A stretch of DNA of 64,000 bases from the NCBI GenBank assembly GCA_020137815.1, contig CM035358.1, forward strand, positions 3,410,001 through 3,474,000, in the 5' to 3' direction. The notes under the pieces are model-generated. The model was given only the letters and a program-made list of their open reading frames with translations, ran no database searches and had not been told where the DNA came from. How positions within the stretch are numbered: the stretch's first letter is position 1; every line of letters begins with the position of its first letter. This document shows positions 1 through 23,923 of the stretch, in pieces. A program made the translations under genes and the position numbers. The stretch is from Hormiphora californensis. Lineage: Eukaryota; Animalia; Ctenophora.

Positions 1-1563
1 ATTGTATTGATGGAGTCCATTGTGGCAGAGGGTAGTAGGTGGTACTTTCTTAGTTTAGAGACGTTAGCACGGGGTCCTACTATCTTCACTGTCTTACCCT
101 CCCGCTCAATAGTCACTCCAAAACTGTCCCGTAATCTAGAAAATGAAAGGAGGTAAGATGGTGGGGTAGAGGTAAGATGGTTTGAGTCGTTTGACACTGT
201 GTATGAACAATTCAAAAGATGGTGGGGTAGAATATGAAAGGCAAATGCTCTGGCTGCACTGAGAATAGGGTCAGGCCAATGCTCGATCTGATGGGGTGAG
301 AAAGTTGAAGATATAGACCTGGCCTGCTAGATATACTCACTGTTGAATCCTAGAGTCCAGTGCCTCGTACCGTCCAACCTCTCCGTCAGTGAGGTCAATA
401 ACTTTGTGGGCCTTACTTCCCCTGAGCCCTTCTCCAATATAGACTGCCGCCAGGTCCGCACTGGATTGGTGGTTGCTATAGATACGGACCAGACTCCTGT
501 CCATTGTATCTAACTTCATTTGGACCTGTTGGTTAATATTGTTATCCATGTTATCATGGTTACCATGGTTACCACAGTAACTCCATTAACTTACATCAGG
601 GAAGACAGTTTCAAGGTTTGAAAAGATGTGACTATCACCACGTGCGGGGAGGGTGAATTTGCCTCTTTCCGTCCACAATCCATTACTTTCATCATTATGG
701 ACCACCCTCACGTAACGCTCTTCTACCTGGGATTACGTAACCAGTGAAACGGGGGGGGGGGGGGGGTGAAACTATAGTCATAATAGATTGGGTGATGGCA
801 TAAGGGGCGGGGTATGACGTTATGTGATCGTGCTGATTTATACGTCATGACGTCAGAAGTGACGTATAATGTCCGTATAATTGTATTGTCGTGAACTGTG
901 ACAGATTCAAGATTGGTAACGTGGCACAAATGAGATTGGGGGGTAATGTCTGAAATGTCATGTTTAACTTTAGCTTGTCAAGCCCCACCCTTTCTCATAG
1001 AGAAACAAGCAGAGTGGACTGTGAACCCTGTCAGTAGTAGGGAGAGGTGCCTCACTATATTTCACAACTCACGTCTCTTGGTAGGGCTCCCTCAGGAACT
1101 GTACTTGCTGGTGGATCTGAAACTTCCTGGAGGGGGAGAGAGTTCGTTAGTACTTGCTGGTGGATCTGAAACTTCCTGGAGGGGGAGAGTTCGTTAGTAC
1201 TTGCTGGTGGATCTGAAACTTCCTGAAGGGAGAGAGAGTTCGTTAGTACTTGCTGGTGGATCTGAAACTTCCTGGAGGGGGGAGAGAGTTCATTAGTACT
1301 TGCTGGTGGATCTGAAACTTCCTGGAGGGGGAGAGTTCGTTAGTACTTGCTGGTGGATCTGAAACTTCCTGGAGGGGGAGAGAGTTCGTTAGAAAGGAGA
1401 GGTGATAACAGCGTGATGTTCTAGGTATGTGACAATCGAAAGATAAAGTCGAAAACTCATTTCATCGAATATTTTATATGAAAACGAGACTGACATTTCA
1501 TGAGTTTTTACATCACTTCAGCCCCTGCTATGACGTCACTAGAAATAACCGCAGCCCTTCACG

Positions 1564-1641
<78 letters not shown>

Positions 1642-1646
1642 GAGAT

Positions 1647-1679
<33 letters not shown>

Positions 1680-4600
1680 AAGAAAGAGAGCGAGAGAGAG
1701 AGAGAATGATGAGTTGAAGAGCTCATGGGTGTGTCTACTTTATAAGTGCGCTGTGTTCTCGTGCGTCAGAGTTGGTGGGGGAGGGTGGGAGAGTCTTGAT
1801 AAGCTAAAGATTTAAACGTCACAACCCTGCCACCTTCTTGTGATAGGTTAGTTTATTCATGTACCTTGAATTTATTTTCCCTCCATATATTCTGTGGTTT
1901 TGTCCCAATTCGACTTGATTAGTCAACCCTTTCTAAATTAAAACGTAGTGGGTGGGCCTATATAACAGGTAACCCCCCCCCCCCTCACTCTGTAGCTACC
2001 CCATCCTGGAAACCTTTCCCATGAGGAACCCTTTTTTGATAATCAGCTTTTGAGAGGGGAAAGATGCACCTTTTTTCTTTGGTAGTGCTTTGGATGTTTA
2101 TGTTGACACGTTTACTTGCAGCACCCTTGCTTAGCATTGAATTGTTGCGGAGCACGGAAACAGTGTCAAGCGACTCAAGCTTAGCAGCTAGTATGTGACA
2201 AGTACAAAGTACCTGCTCGTTCAGTGTACTACAAGTACAAAGTACCTGCTCGTTTAGTGTACTACAAGTACAAAGTACCTGCTCGTTTAGTGTACTACAA
2301 GTACAAAGTACCTGCTCGTTCAGTGTACTACAAGTACAAAGTACCTGCTCGTTCAGTGCACTACAAGTACAAAGTACCTGCTCGTTCAGTGTACTACAAG
2401 TACAAAGTACCTGCTCGTTCAGTGTACTACAAGTACAAAGTACCTGCTCGTTCAGTGTACTACAAGTACAAAGTACCTGCTCGTTTAGTGTACTACAAGT
2501 ACAAAGTACCTGCTCGTTCAGTGTACTACAAGTACAAAGTACCTGCTCGTTCAGTGTACTACAAGTACAAAGTACCTGCTCGTTTAGTGTACTACAAGTA
2601 CAAAGTACCTGCTCGTTTAGTGTAGACATCAGTTTTTGCTCCATAACCTCAACTTGCTGCTGGGGGCCACACAACCTAACCACAGCTGGCTCCGGCACTG
2701 GTCCTAGCAGCTGTCCTCTGGGTGGCTGGTGACACTGGACAGAGTCACTGAGCATTGGTTGTCTGGTTATTCTGAAGGGAGAGGGGTGTATTGTTATAAA
2801 TGGGGGGGGGGGGGGGGGCTTGTTGTAATTTACTAACACGAAAACTTCCAATTAATGCATCTACTAAGATCTCTCAGATTATTTTGTTGATTGCTTACAA
2901 GAGAATTCGATGCCATTTCTCAATATTTCCATCGCAGTTAATTTCTACATTCCTCGTCACTAAGTCCTTCATGTTAACATCATCCGCTCGCTTCTCCAAC
3001 CGTTGTATATAATTGTCGACCTGGAGGTGAAATAAATGGGGTTGGAATGGGGTGGAAATGTAAGGTTTAAATAATAAAATATTAAATGAATAATAATTAC
3101 AGCGTCTTTGTCTCCAAAGATCCTCCACTTGTGAATTTGCTGCTCTTTTGTTTCAGCTGTTTCGATTTTCCGACTACTGATATAGCGTGGCTGAGGGAAA
3201 ATACATAACTTTTAAAATATATGAAAGAAATGGGGAACTCAAAATATTGGTTAAACAATGTGACGGGAGTTTGGGAGAATTCTGAAAAAAGGTTTTCCAA
3301 TACGCACCTCGACTTCTGTAACATAGTCCCAGAAATCTCCCAGAACCCCCTTGGGTATCTGTTTAGAGATATTCCTTGAAATAGAGAACTCCCTAACGAC
3401 CAGAGTATCCAAGAACTCTCGTAACTTATCGCCCATAGCAACCACGATCTCCTCCCTATAATGACACAGGGAAAATGTTGAAGTTCCTCTGTCTACAAAA
3501 TGTTCAACATCCCAATTGTTTTCAGAGGAAATGCGAATTTTCTCGAACAGCACAGGTCCACTTAGTTCGTCCGCCGGTAATTTAATTTCAACCTCGTGAA
3601 GAGAGTCAAGATGTGCCTTCATTTTCTTGGTAGAATATTTCCTTCTTCTGTTGTTTTTCTGGTAGAATATCAGTTGAGGAGGGTTAACAGAGGTAACGAG
3701 AGGGGTATCTGGGTTCTTCATCTTTCTCCGCACGTATTTAACTTTCACAGGTGTTGACTCGATGATTAGCTGTTCTCTTAGTCTGGATACAAATGATTCA
3801 GCGGTTTCAGTGGGTGACCGCAGGGTGATACGGCGGGAAGTGGTTTCCTCGCCAGGGGGTGCCTCAAATATCCCAACAAGGGGACGATATTCCTCCTGAA
3901 ATATATGGGCAAGAATTTACGATGGGGGGGGGGGGGTTACAATCTGAGAGCTCCCCGTAAGAAGAGGAGTTCCCCAGAAGCACAAAACACTTTTACCAGA
4001 ACCCGAAAACTCGAGAGAAATTTTGTAAAAGTTAAAGATGGGTTAGAAGTTCTAATAAAACACAATCTTCCACATAACAGCTACCTCGTGAACATTCTCT
4101 TTGAACAGAACACCTAGAGCTCTGACAAACTCAGGAGATGTAACCAGCGTCTCTGTGTACTTGTGGTGGCACTTGGAGAATAACCACTCCTGTAGTAATA
4201 GGGGGAGACATGAGTTTTATGAGATCTGGGTTAGAAGATTTTCAACAAGAGTTAGAATTAAATTGCAAGACTTTAGGTAACGGACCAAGAACTTTTAAAT
4301 CTTCAGTTAAGTCGGACCACTATTAACGGCTTCTCCCGGAGATCCCGGTAAATAGGGCTATTTATCGGGATCTCCAGGAGAAGCCGTTAATAGGGGTCCA
4401 ACTGTATAGTACTTCTGAAGATTTAAGTTCTTGGTCCGATACCTGATATCTTGCAACCCCTGGGTCCGACTGTTCCAATCCATATTCCTATCTATATTAC
4501 CTTGAAACTGGAGATATTATCCTCACAATCAGCTGCCAGGTGAACTTCACTAGGTGATATGGGTACCATGGTAACACCAAACTTAGAAAACTCTGGATCT

Positions 4601-5349
4601 GTTGTCAGGGAAACAACTGTCTCAAAATCACCCTCAGTTAGATACCCACCTACACCTCCCTTCCGCAGACTCGTCTTGAACTCTCGAGATTTATACTCCT
4701 TAATTGCACTCTGAATTGCCCTTGCCCAGTTGACAGTGTCTCTGTGTCCATACAGAACTGTTGAGTCCCTGCTATCTGATATCTTGAACTTTGCTAACCC
4801 AGTTTGAAGGTAACGACTCCAAAACGCGCTCATTATACCATCATACACCGGCTGATCATGTTGAACCTCGACAGCGAAATCCTCCAACACCCCCAGAGTT
4901 TCCTGTAGTTTAGTTTGCAGCTCATTTTGATCAAGATATTTGGGCGTTGTGGCGAATACAGTTCCATCTTTCAACTGGAAATACCCGTTATCTGACCCAA
5001 CTAACATTCGCCGGAAGGGACCTGATTTCATCAGATCCCCTAATAGTTTGTGATGTTCAGGGGTCTCAGATATCCTGTACTCCCAATGTTCATACTTCTC
5101 AAACTCTCTGTTCAGAAACCGCTCTACATCGGGGTGATCTGATAAGATATCTTTTCTTAGTAAACTAAGGGGATCCCTAAAGTCCACCTCTACATCAGGG
5201 AACCTTATTTTGATCTTAGATTCAAGGTCATCTCTCCGGAAGTGGAGGTTGACTTGTGATGAGAGGGTTCGAGGGAAGGAATGTCTGGGGAGTTGTACTG
5301 TACAATGTCTGGAGAGTTGTAGGGTACGATGCCATCGCCAGATAACCAT
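1..5349 (-). CDS. Multi-exon uncharacterised protein with KH-like segments (PARP14/DTX3L-like architecture possible); 3' end runs off the window
   Basis: Open exons bounded by GT/AG at ~5349-4500, 4190-4074, 3895-3308, 3191-3101, 3020-2870, 2770-2610, 1125-1072, 523-341 and <137. The last visible exon reads LRDSFGVTIEREGKTVKIVGPRANV (KH-like). ATG follows an acceptor (TTGTCTAG|TCGATG). Exon limits are approximate. Confidence 0.55.
1101..1391 (-). repeat. Tandem array (6 x ~47-50 bp) of branch point + acceptor + exon start
   Basis: Minus-strand unit CTAACGAACTCTCTCCCCCTCCAG|GAAGTTTCAGATCCACCAGCAAGTA. Confidence 0.9.
1567..1705. repeat. (AG)n/(AGAGAGAGAT)n microsatellite
   Basis: Direct reading. 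Confidence 0.95.
2198..2623 (-). repeat. Tandem array (~13 x 33 bp) containing exon end + donor
   Basis: Plus-strand unit acaagtacaaagtacctgctcgttYagtgtact; minus strand reads GAGCAG|GTACTT; in-frame 11-aa repeat LNEQVLCTCST. Confidence 0.92.
4263..4456. mobile_element. Short intronic palindromic MITE(s)
   Basis: Outer arms ttgcaaga..ggaccaagaactt / aagttcttggtcc..tcttgcaa; inner hairpin ctattaacggcttctcc..ggagaagccgttaatag. Confidence 0.7.
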
Positions 5350-6075
5350 CGACTAGACAAGGTTGGAGGGAGTTATATGACGTCAAAAGAGCTCTTTTGA
5401 GAGATTAAAATGGTTGAGAGATTTAGTAATCGAGAAGGGGTGGAATGTTAATAGGGGGTATTTGAGTGGGTGTTGAGGGGTTAAAGGGTCCAAGGGGTGA
5501 TGTTGGAATGGGTGAGTTTAGGGGGGGGGGGGTGTTCGAATTCACAATATATATCATTATCATGACATAATCATAGATAGAGGGGGGATAATAAAACAGC
5601 CAATATTTTGGGAAATATGTATGTTTATGGGCGTTAGTGAAATACAATAAATATATAAATGAAGATGTCTGGCACGCCATGTGTTATAGATTCCCTTCTG
5701 TCTAGCTGTTCTCTCTTGGTCAAATAAACAATAAACATGTATAATTAATAATAGTAATTACTTGGGATGTCATGAAGGAGCATGATGTATTATATAAGAG
5801 CTATAGGGCGTTGTCTGTGTGTGGGCGTGTACCCCTTGTGATAGTAATGAAAAGAGAGGGAGCAGGGTGTGTCCAACCACATGATGATATGATGATGATG
5901 GCTATCAATTCCAAACATAATCTCTCTCTCTCTATCTCTCGCTCTCTCTCTCTTCCTCCCTCTCTCTCCCTCCCTCTCTCCCTCCCAATCATTTGTGCCC
6001 TCCCTCTTCATTCTTATGATGATATGATTTGTGATATGTCCCATGAAACCTCTTCTTTTTCTCCTTTATTATATC

Positions 6076-6829
6076 GGGGGGGTCGTCACCTTTTATTTTG
6101 CCCACTTTTGCCCACATTTGCCCACATGGGCAAACCAAAATCTCAAAAAACAGGTATAATGTGGGCAAAGTGGGCAAAAAGTGGGCAAAAATATTATAAG
6201 CATCAAAATTTTACCAGAAAACCCTCTGTGACAAATGTTTTTCACCTCCAATGTCTTCCAAGAGGTCCCCTCTATCGATTCCAACCGATAATTAATGTAC
6301 TTACTTATGACTTAGGGTTGATAAGGCTCCATGTCCGACTGGACAAAAGTGGGCAAAAAAATTTGGCAAAATTAGGCAAAGGCCAGTGATTTTTCGTCAT
6401 TTTGGGGCTTTTTAGGGAACTGATACATAACAAAGGTTTTCCACTTGCATTGTACTCCAATGGGGTCCCAGAAAAACCAGAAAAATTTTCCACTCCAACC
6501 ATGTGAGAAACGTGCCTAAAATGACCAATTTTCCTAATTTTGCCAACATATTTTGCCCATTTTCCCAGTTGGATATGGAGCCTTATCAACCCTGAGCAAA
6601 TAAATTATCGGTTGGAATCTATAGGGGGGACCTCTAGGAGGACATTGGTGGTGAAAAACCTTTGTCACAGACGATTACCTGGTTGATAGCATATATTTTT
6701 TATGGATTTAAATTTTTTGCCTACTTTTGCCTACTTTTGCCCACTTTTGCCCACTTTTGCCCATGTGGGCAAATTCAAAATTTAAGAATAATGTGGGCAG
6801 TGGGCAAAAAAAAAGGTGACGTACCCCCC
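6076..6829. mobile_element. Non-autonomous TIR element with G-run termini and 8-bp TSD (Merlin/MULE-like)
   Basis: Termini GGGGGGGTCGTCACC..GGTGACGTACCCCCC; flanking direct repeat ATTATATC (6068-6075, 6830-6837); subterminal TTTGCCCAC repeats. Confidence 0.8.
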
Positions 6830-7007
6830 ATTATATCCTTCCTCTCTAGCTCTCTCTCCGCCATCTATTTCTCCCGACTTTCTCGGTGGTAGGTGGTAAT
6901 CAGGATTGAGTCGACTACTACATGTCCCCCCTCCACTCCTATAGATTCAGAGTGGAGGAGGGCCACGCCTGCCGCGCCTTCTGTGATTACTACTACTACA
7001 AATCTAC

Positions 7008-7112
<105 letters not shown>

Positions 7113-7792
7113 AAGTTTCGTAGTTAGGTTTGAGAGAGTGAGGCCATATCAAAGTCCCTCATTTATGACTTACCAGATGAAATGAGAAGTTGAGAGAAAG
7201 CCCGACCTGCTGAGAGAAAGAAAAAGGTGTGTCACAGGTCCATTTCCTCTAATATCTCCTTCACACTTTCAGTATAACTCTCTCTCTCCCTCTCTCTCTC
7301 AGCTCTCTCTCTCTCTCTCTCTCTTGTTCTCTCACTGTCACAATACTTCCGCTTCTCCACCCAAGTTGCATGCCACGTGACCAATTTGATTACGTCACTA
7401 TAATACTCAATGAGAGAGGGAGAGAGAGATAGAAAGAGAGAGAGTGAGAGAGAGAGAGAGAGTGAGTGGGTGGGTGTACTTGTGCGAGTGTAAACGATTA
7501 CCCCCTCTTCCCTCTTCCACCATACTCTCTCTTTTGCCCAGTTGCCCAACCCCTCTCACTTTGTCCCAGCTTGCTACTACCGGCTCACTCACTCCCTGGT
7601 AAAGCCCTGAAATAGGTCCAAACCTTTATTTCTCGATTGTCAGTTACCTACTTTAATCTCCCGTTGGCCATTTTATTCCCGGTGTGAAACTGGGCAGTGT
7701 CTCTCGACTTTCACTTGGTCATTTTTCTACCTTGTCCCAGATTTCTGGTCATTGTTCTAACTTGTCCCAGATTTCTGGCCACTACCCTCTCA

Positions 7793-18134
<10,342 letters not shown>

Positions 18135-18683
18135 TCTTCTCTGGATCCTTCTTGAAGATTCCTTTCTGATGTGTTTCTCCTGATTTTAAATAGCCATGCT
18201 AGGGTGTAGATGCTGTGTTAAAGGCTTGGTGAGGACGGCAAGAAAAAGAGAAACGAGGGTCAGGAATAACAAGAACTGGGTCTTGGTGGTTGGTCTCCGA
18301 GCTCCCAGGGCCCTGTGAGCTCAGAGACAGGGCAGGGGTGAGACATGTGGGAGAATATCGCGCATGCGCGCACTGATAATGCCAACGTGCTGTACTTTCA
18401 TATTATAACTGGGGTTCGGGGATTGTGAACGGGGGACTTGGGTCAGAATGGGGCACACTGTCACACTCTTTAGTAAAGTTGGACGAAGATCAATAAAGTA
18501 ATAACACAAAATAGCTTCTTTCAATTATACATAAAACACAAAATCCTTATAAAAACCGGATAAAAATCAACTTTGTAAAATTACCATTACCACATCAAAT
18601 TACCACAGATAATACAAATCAAGATATCACATAAATTAACGATAAATTACTACGAAAAACATAAACAGTTCAATTCTTTATGT

Positions 18684-20272
18684 TTATCGGAAGGTGAGGG
18701 AGCGATATAGCGGGATTAGACGGTAGATAAGACAGGGAAAACCAATACCAAACGAAACTCCTGAAAAAACCGTTTAGTTACAACCTTCACTTTGGCGTCG
18801 ATATATCAAAAACTTGGTAACGAAGTCACCAGCTTGCGAAGGTAACCAAATTCAATACAGGGTTTGGTGGTAACGAGGGAGTACTTACCACAGAAGAGAA
18901 GTGGTTCCCAGACCTTGCCAGGTACCAGCTCCAGAATCAGAATGCCGGTTGTTAGAAGGAGGGCCAGGACGATAAAGAATCCTGCATACCGGAGGAGAAG
19001 AAGGGATCGCTCAGCTTTGGAGAATGTTGTCAACCTGATAGCGGAGAGATGGGAAAGGACGTGTTAACTTGCCTTTTTATGCTCAAACCCTCGGGACACG
19101 GGAAAACAGGTTCGAGCAAGGCAAAACCATGCCAGCCATCTCGGTGTGGTGTACGATGATATGTTTCGGGTAACTGAGATCTTACCTGACATGGCAGCGA
19201 GGACATCTAAAGAATTTGATCCGTTGAAACTTGACAGAGGCATAGCATGCGGGGCAAGTTAGGGATGCCTCTCTTTTTCCATCTACAGACCCCCCAGACT
19301 CCATTTGTAGCTTCGGTTTTGGTAGAGGGGGCATCAACTGGGTCTTGTGGTGGCTGAAAGGAAGGAAAGTTAGGAATCAATTGGTAAAACAAGGCAAAAA
19401 CACGAATAGTTCAACTTCCAAAACAAGGCAAAAAAACAAATAAGCTGGTTCAAATTTAACAATGTTTTAACTTACCAGCCCTCTCGAGGACAGATAACGG
19501 CTCGAGCAGAGGCATTGCATACTAGAAGACAGTTACACACACATCGGATATACTTTTTACCGGGATAGGGCTCTTTAATCGGCTGAAAAAGAAAGTTAAA
19601 GATAAACAAGAGCGTTCTAATTTTACTCTACAGTCCAATCTTATTGTTCACACTCTTCTTTTTTAGCCAATAAACCAGGTACACCTTCCACTTTGAGTCG
19701 CTTGACACTGTGACCGTGCTCCGGTTTTTAGAATAAAAAGAAAGTACATGAACAATTAAACTTAGTACTTACATTTCCCTCCAAGCACCGTGGGCACTTT
19801 ACCACCCTGGCCTTCAGGGACTTGATGGAGATGGTGGTCTGACACACCTGACAGGTTATGTACTCCTCGACAGTCGGGCCAGGGGACACATCAGGGGGTC
19901 GGTAGGGGACTGAGAGGTAGGAGGGGGTTAGATTTTAGAAGGGGCCATGGGACACATCGGGGGGTCGGTAGGGAACTGAGAGGTAGGAGGGGTTAGAAGG
20001 GGACATATAAGGGGTCGGTAGGGGACTGAGAGGTAGCAGAGGGTTAGTGATAGCGAATGTTATGGGACAAAGAAGATGCTACAGATTAAAAACAGTTAGA
20101 ATATAAGAACACAGCGGAACTAACTTGACGCCATGCTGGCCTCCTGGTCGGGTATCCCTCTACTATTCTCCAGGCTATCATAGAACCCAGTTAACCTTCC
20201 TTCTCCCTCTCCACCATCTTGTTCAGTGTTAAACTCAGCCGTTATCAGCGGGACACCGTCGTCTCTTTCCAT
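18684..20272 (-). CDS. PIP4P: Phosphatidylinositol-4,5-bisphosphate 4-phosphatase (TMEM55/PIP4P family)
   Basis: Spliced exons give ITCQVCQTTISIK..VVKCPRCLEGNPIKEPYPGKKYIRCVCNCLLVCNASARAVICPREGC (TMEM55 signature) and two C-terminal hydrophobic helices. Confidence 0.85.
19883..20036 (-). repeat. Three tandem copies of a TMEM55 acceptor + exon start
   Basis: Minus-strand unit CTAACCCCTCCTACCTCTCAG|TCCCCTACCGACCCC..ATGTGTCCC. Confidence 0.85.
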
Positions 20273-20457
20273 GACAACACACTACTATGGGACGTAGTTG
20301 TAACTTTGTCATATAACAAACAATCCGGACACCACTACCAGTTATAAAAAACGCAAGTTCAAAAACTGTTAAAAATTAAATAACGCATTAAAACAACATC
20401 TTCACTATCTTCAATAACATCAATTCTTCTGTCACCCCTATCCCACATCCCTCTTCT

Positions 20458-22712
20458 CTAATCCTCCTCCTCCTCCCCTTCACTTGAAGACACATCAGGT
20501 TCCCCTGCCTGATCCACACACCTCTTACAACCACACATAAATAGATAGTTAGCTAGAAGGTGTTTCTGCCTAGAATGCCGGTTCATCTCACACTCCCCAA
20601 AATATGAAATACACAGCTCCTCTCCAAGAGTAATGGGCCGGACAGCACGAACTGTCAGGTTAAAGTTGGACCTGAGAGAAATAGGATCAGATAGCAGATC
20701 TAGTGGAATTGGGAAAAGCTTGGATATAACAACTATGACGAAGAAAACAAGTTCTTTACCTTTCATATTTGATCTGACAGTTAGGTGAGCAGGAGTGGTT
20801 TAGTTTGCTTTGTAGTTGAAATAACCCCGTTCCTTCTACTGATGTAAACTGCCCTGCTTCTTCCTCCACTGCATCATACAAATCTTCTATCCTAGAGTGG
20901 GAGAGAAAACTTGTCACAATCAGAACACATGTTATGTTCTAACCCTCCTTTACATATTATGTAAAAGTTTCCACTTTCCCGGGAGGGCACGGGGAAACAG
21001 GGTCGAGCAAGGCAACAGAATACGATAACTTTTGGTCAACGAGGAAGTCTCACAAAAGACAGATGACTGTAGAGTTAATAAGAGTACAATGGCCGACTTT
21101 GGATCAGGAAAGAAGTGGCTAAATGGTTAGTTAACCTACTCAGATTGTAAAGGTGTGTCCCATAAATCCTGACAGTATTCATCCAACGCTGATGTTCCGA
21201 TTCCCTGACCGTTCATTCCTAGGTGGATAGGAATTTGAAAAAACAAATCCAGGTAATTCAATTCAATTCCTAAGTATGAATTTGAAAATTAAGCCTTGTG
21301 CATCAAGATGGAAGAATAGGGAAAACAGAATATCCGAGGTTTGTTGTACAACGTACCCATCAGAGCGATGAAACTAATAAAATTATTTGTCTCAAGAAAC
21401 CTCTTCACAGACTCATTTTCACCACCAAAGATCTGTATCAGGCCATCTCTAAGTAAACCAAGCTGGTCCTGGAACTGGGGTTCCAGTAACTTGTGAACAA
21501 TGTTACCTGATACCGCCTCGGAACAGAAATCTCCTAACCACTCTGGTATCTGGCCTGAAATAGGAAATAAATAATAATGTGTTTCTAAGAAACCAGAAGG
21601 TTTCAAAAGAAAGGCCGATAGGTGAAAGATCATAGATGTAGGCTATAATACTGAATGTATATCAATGCTTATCACTCTCCAGAGTCCTTGTTGAGAGAGA
21701 GAGAGTCAAGTTACAGAGTGGCAGGGTACAAGCAGTGTAACGAGGTCACGCACACTTGATGTGTGTATATTCAGCATTGTGATAAGAAATAAAGGGGATA
21801 AGAGTGAATATACCGACATTATCTCCCGGTGCTCCAACCCCTTCCACTAACAAATCAAGAAGCTGAATTCCTGCTTATAAATTCCCAGTAAGTATAATTT
21901 CATGGAGTCTTTACCTGTAGGTTATTATGGTTCCAATAACCTTGACAACAAGAATCAAACTGGTGGTTTCAGGTGGGAAATGGTTTGATCTCCACCGTTC
22001 ATCTAGTGCTAGTAATGGATGGTTTGGATCACCTGACGAATAAGGCAGTTGTAAGGGGAGAGTTGAGTGCATACAACTCGCTAAAGAGCAATCAAAATAA
22101 CAGTAACCTCAATCATTGTTTATGGTCATTCCAACCTCTAATACAACACACCTTTAGTACACACAGGCCGGTGGTAGTTCTTCAGCGCACTATCTCTACA
22201 CTTCTCACAACAAAACAATGCAGCACATTCCCCACAGGGGTAAATATCTGGTGAAGTTTCAGCTTCCATCTTATCGTGTTTAGGGAGAGTTAGTTTGGGG
22301 TTGTTTGCAAGCCTCCTAGCCATCTCTAGAGGGGATTCCAGGGATCTGAGACAATGATGGCATGCCATGTACCTGCAAACAAAATGTTAATTTATTTCCC
22401 TTAACTCGACTGTCATTCGTACACTGGAAAATCAGGAGCTAAGTACTAATTACCCGTATACAACACCCCAGGAGTATTGTCCAGCAAAAATTGGATCTTC
22501 AGTAAATACAACATCCCCTTCAGCTATGTCTTGAGTGGCGTACAAACCTAAAGAGTAAGGGTCAAAAGAATGCTAAAAGAGGACATAAGTTGTCCATACC
22601 TACCAATTCCACGGTCTTCCGAGAATTTCGCTTCAACAAGGGCCTTCTTTTGTTGAATAACAGCGTTTGTTCTAGCGACTGAGCCTGATATCATGTCCGT
22701 TCGACCCATCAT
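20458..22712 (-). CDS. SMYD5: SET and MYND domain lysine methyltransferase SMYD5
   Basis: GLYATQDIAEGDVVFTEDP, MYND CHHCLRSLE..CGECAALFCCEKC, NGQGIGTSALD, GLFQLQSKLNHSCSPN, GEELCISY, post-SET YLFMCGCKRC and an acidic tail. Confidence 0.88.
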
Positions 22713-23570
22713 CTTTAAACCTATTTGATATAAATCATTTGTTTGGATGAAAATTAAACAAAAAAGCGAGCTGCGAAAGACATTTACCAAGTCAATGGCC
22801 CCGTTTATAACCCGGAATTATCTCCCATGAGTCTCTTCTTATCTTTTAACTCTAATCATCGAGACTTCTCGCAAAAACAAACTGAACCTCTAGACTACCC
22901 TGCACATCAAAAAGCTCTGTCCGTGCCTTTTTAACTTCACTCCTGTATCCGGTATCGTTTAACTGCAGCGGACCTACTAGCTCCTACAAGTGCGGTACAC
23001 GGCGTTCATTCACGAAAAAAATTGGGTGCAGAAAATGTAAACGAACCACTTAGTCCGGACCACATGGGTGACAAGCGCTGTCGCGGAGTTAGCTCTTTCG
23101 AACGTGCACGCTATAAATTTCATTTTCGGCAATTTTTCATCAAAAATCGTGTCATTTTCCCACTTTTTGGCTAGTTTTTATTTTCGTCTCTTCTCTCACC
23201 CCAAAAAGTGGGTCCTTGACCTAGGCTTTCTTCGCCCCTGGGCAAAATACGCCTCTGAAGAGTGGAAAAGTTTTTTGGAACTTTTTTTCAAATTTTTAAC
23301 CCTAAAACTTGCGCGCGCGTGACAGGACGCGCAAAGATTTTACGCGCTTCACTCTCATGGTTACTCGCGCGCGGGAAGTCTAACATCCCGTCGCGCGAAC
23401 ACTGCTGTACTTTTCACTCAACCGACATTCCTGTCTCCTGCGCGCGAGCGGCAACTGGAGACTGATTTTGAGCTGTAAACAAATTCAAAATACGTTTTAT
23501 AAAATCAGACAAAAGGTGATTTTGTAAATAGCGGTACATCATAGCGCAATATTATTATACAGGCATTTAA

Positions 23571-23760
23571 AGGAAAACCAAAAAAACAATAGTCCTCAGC
23601 CGTTTCTAGCATTTTGCTCTACCCCTCCGGGCTCCGGCCTCCCCAAACTCCATCTTTGAAGCTTTGGAAAGTACACCAAGCAGAAATATCTTGTCAGTGG
23701 GACCGTGGGAAATAAATTAATCCCCAAAATGAGGGCTATAATTGTTGTTTGGGTTTTCCT
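23571..23760. mobile_element. Kolobok-like MITE (TTAA TSD, AG..CT ends)
   Basis: TTAA|AGGAAAACC..GGTTTTCCT|TTAA. Confidence 0.7.
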
Positions 23761-23923
23761 TTAACACAGGGCTCCACAAAACAAAGCTAATCGATTAGCG
23801 ATTGAAAAATAACCGCAATAAATGTTTCCAAGACAGTTAAATCTTTCTCTGTGCGGCGAATATATCTAAAAATTCCCCAAATAAAACATTTTCAGTTAAA
23901 GATCAAACGTCTTTTACCACCCT

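Noticed and set aside
2198-2623. 33-bp regular repeats as a CRISPR array
   Set aside because: Units are contiguous with no unique spacers, there are no cas genes, and the context is eukaryotic.
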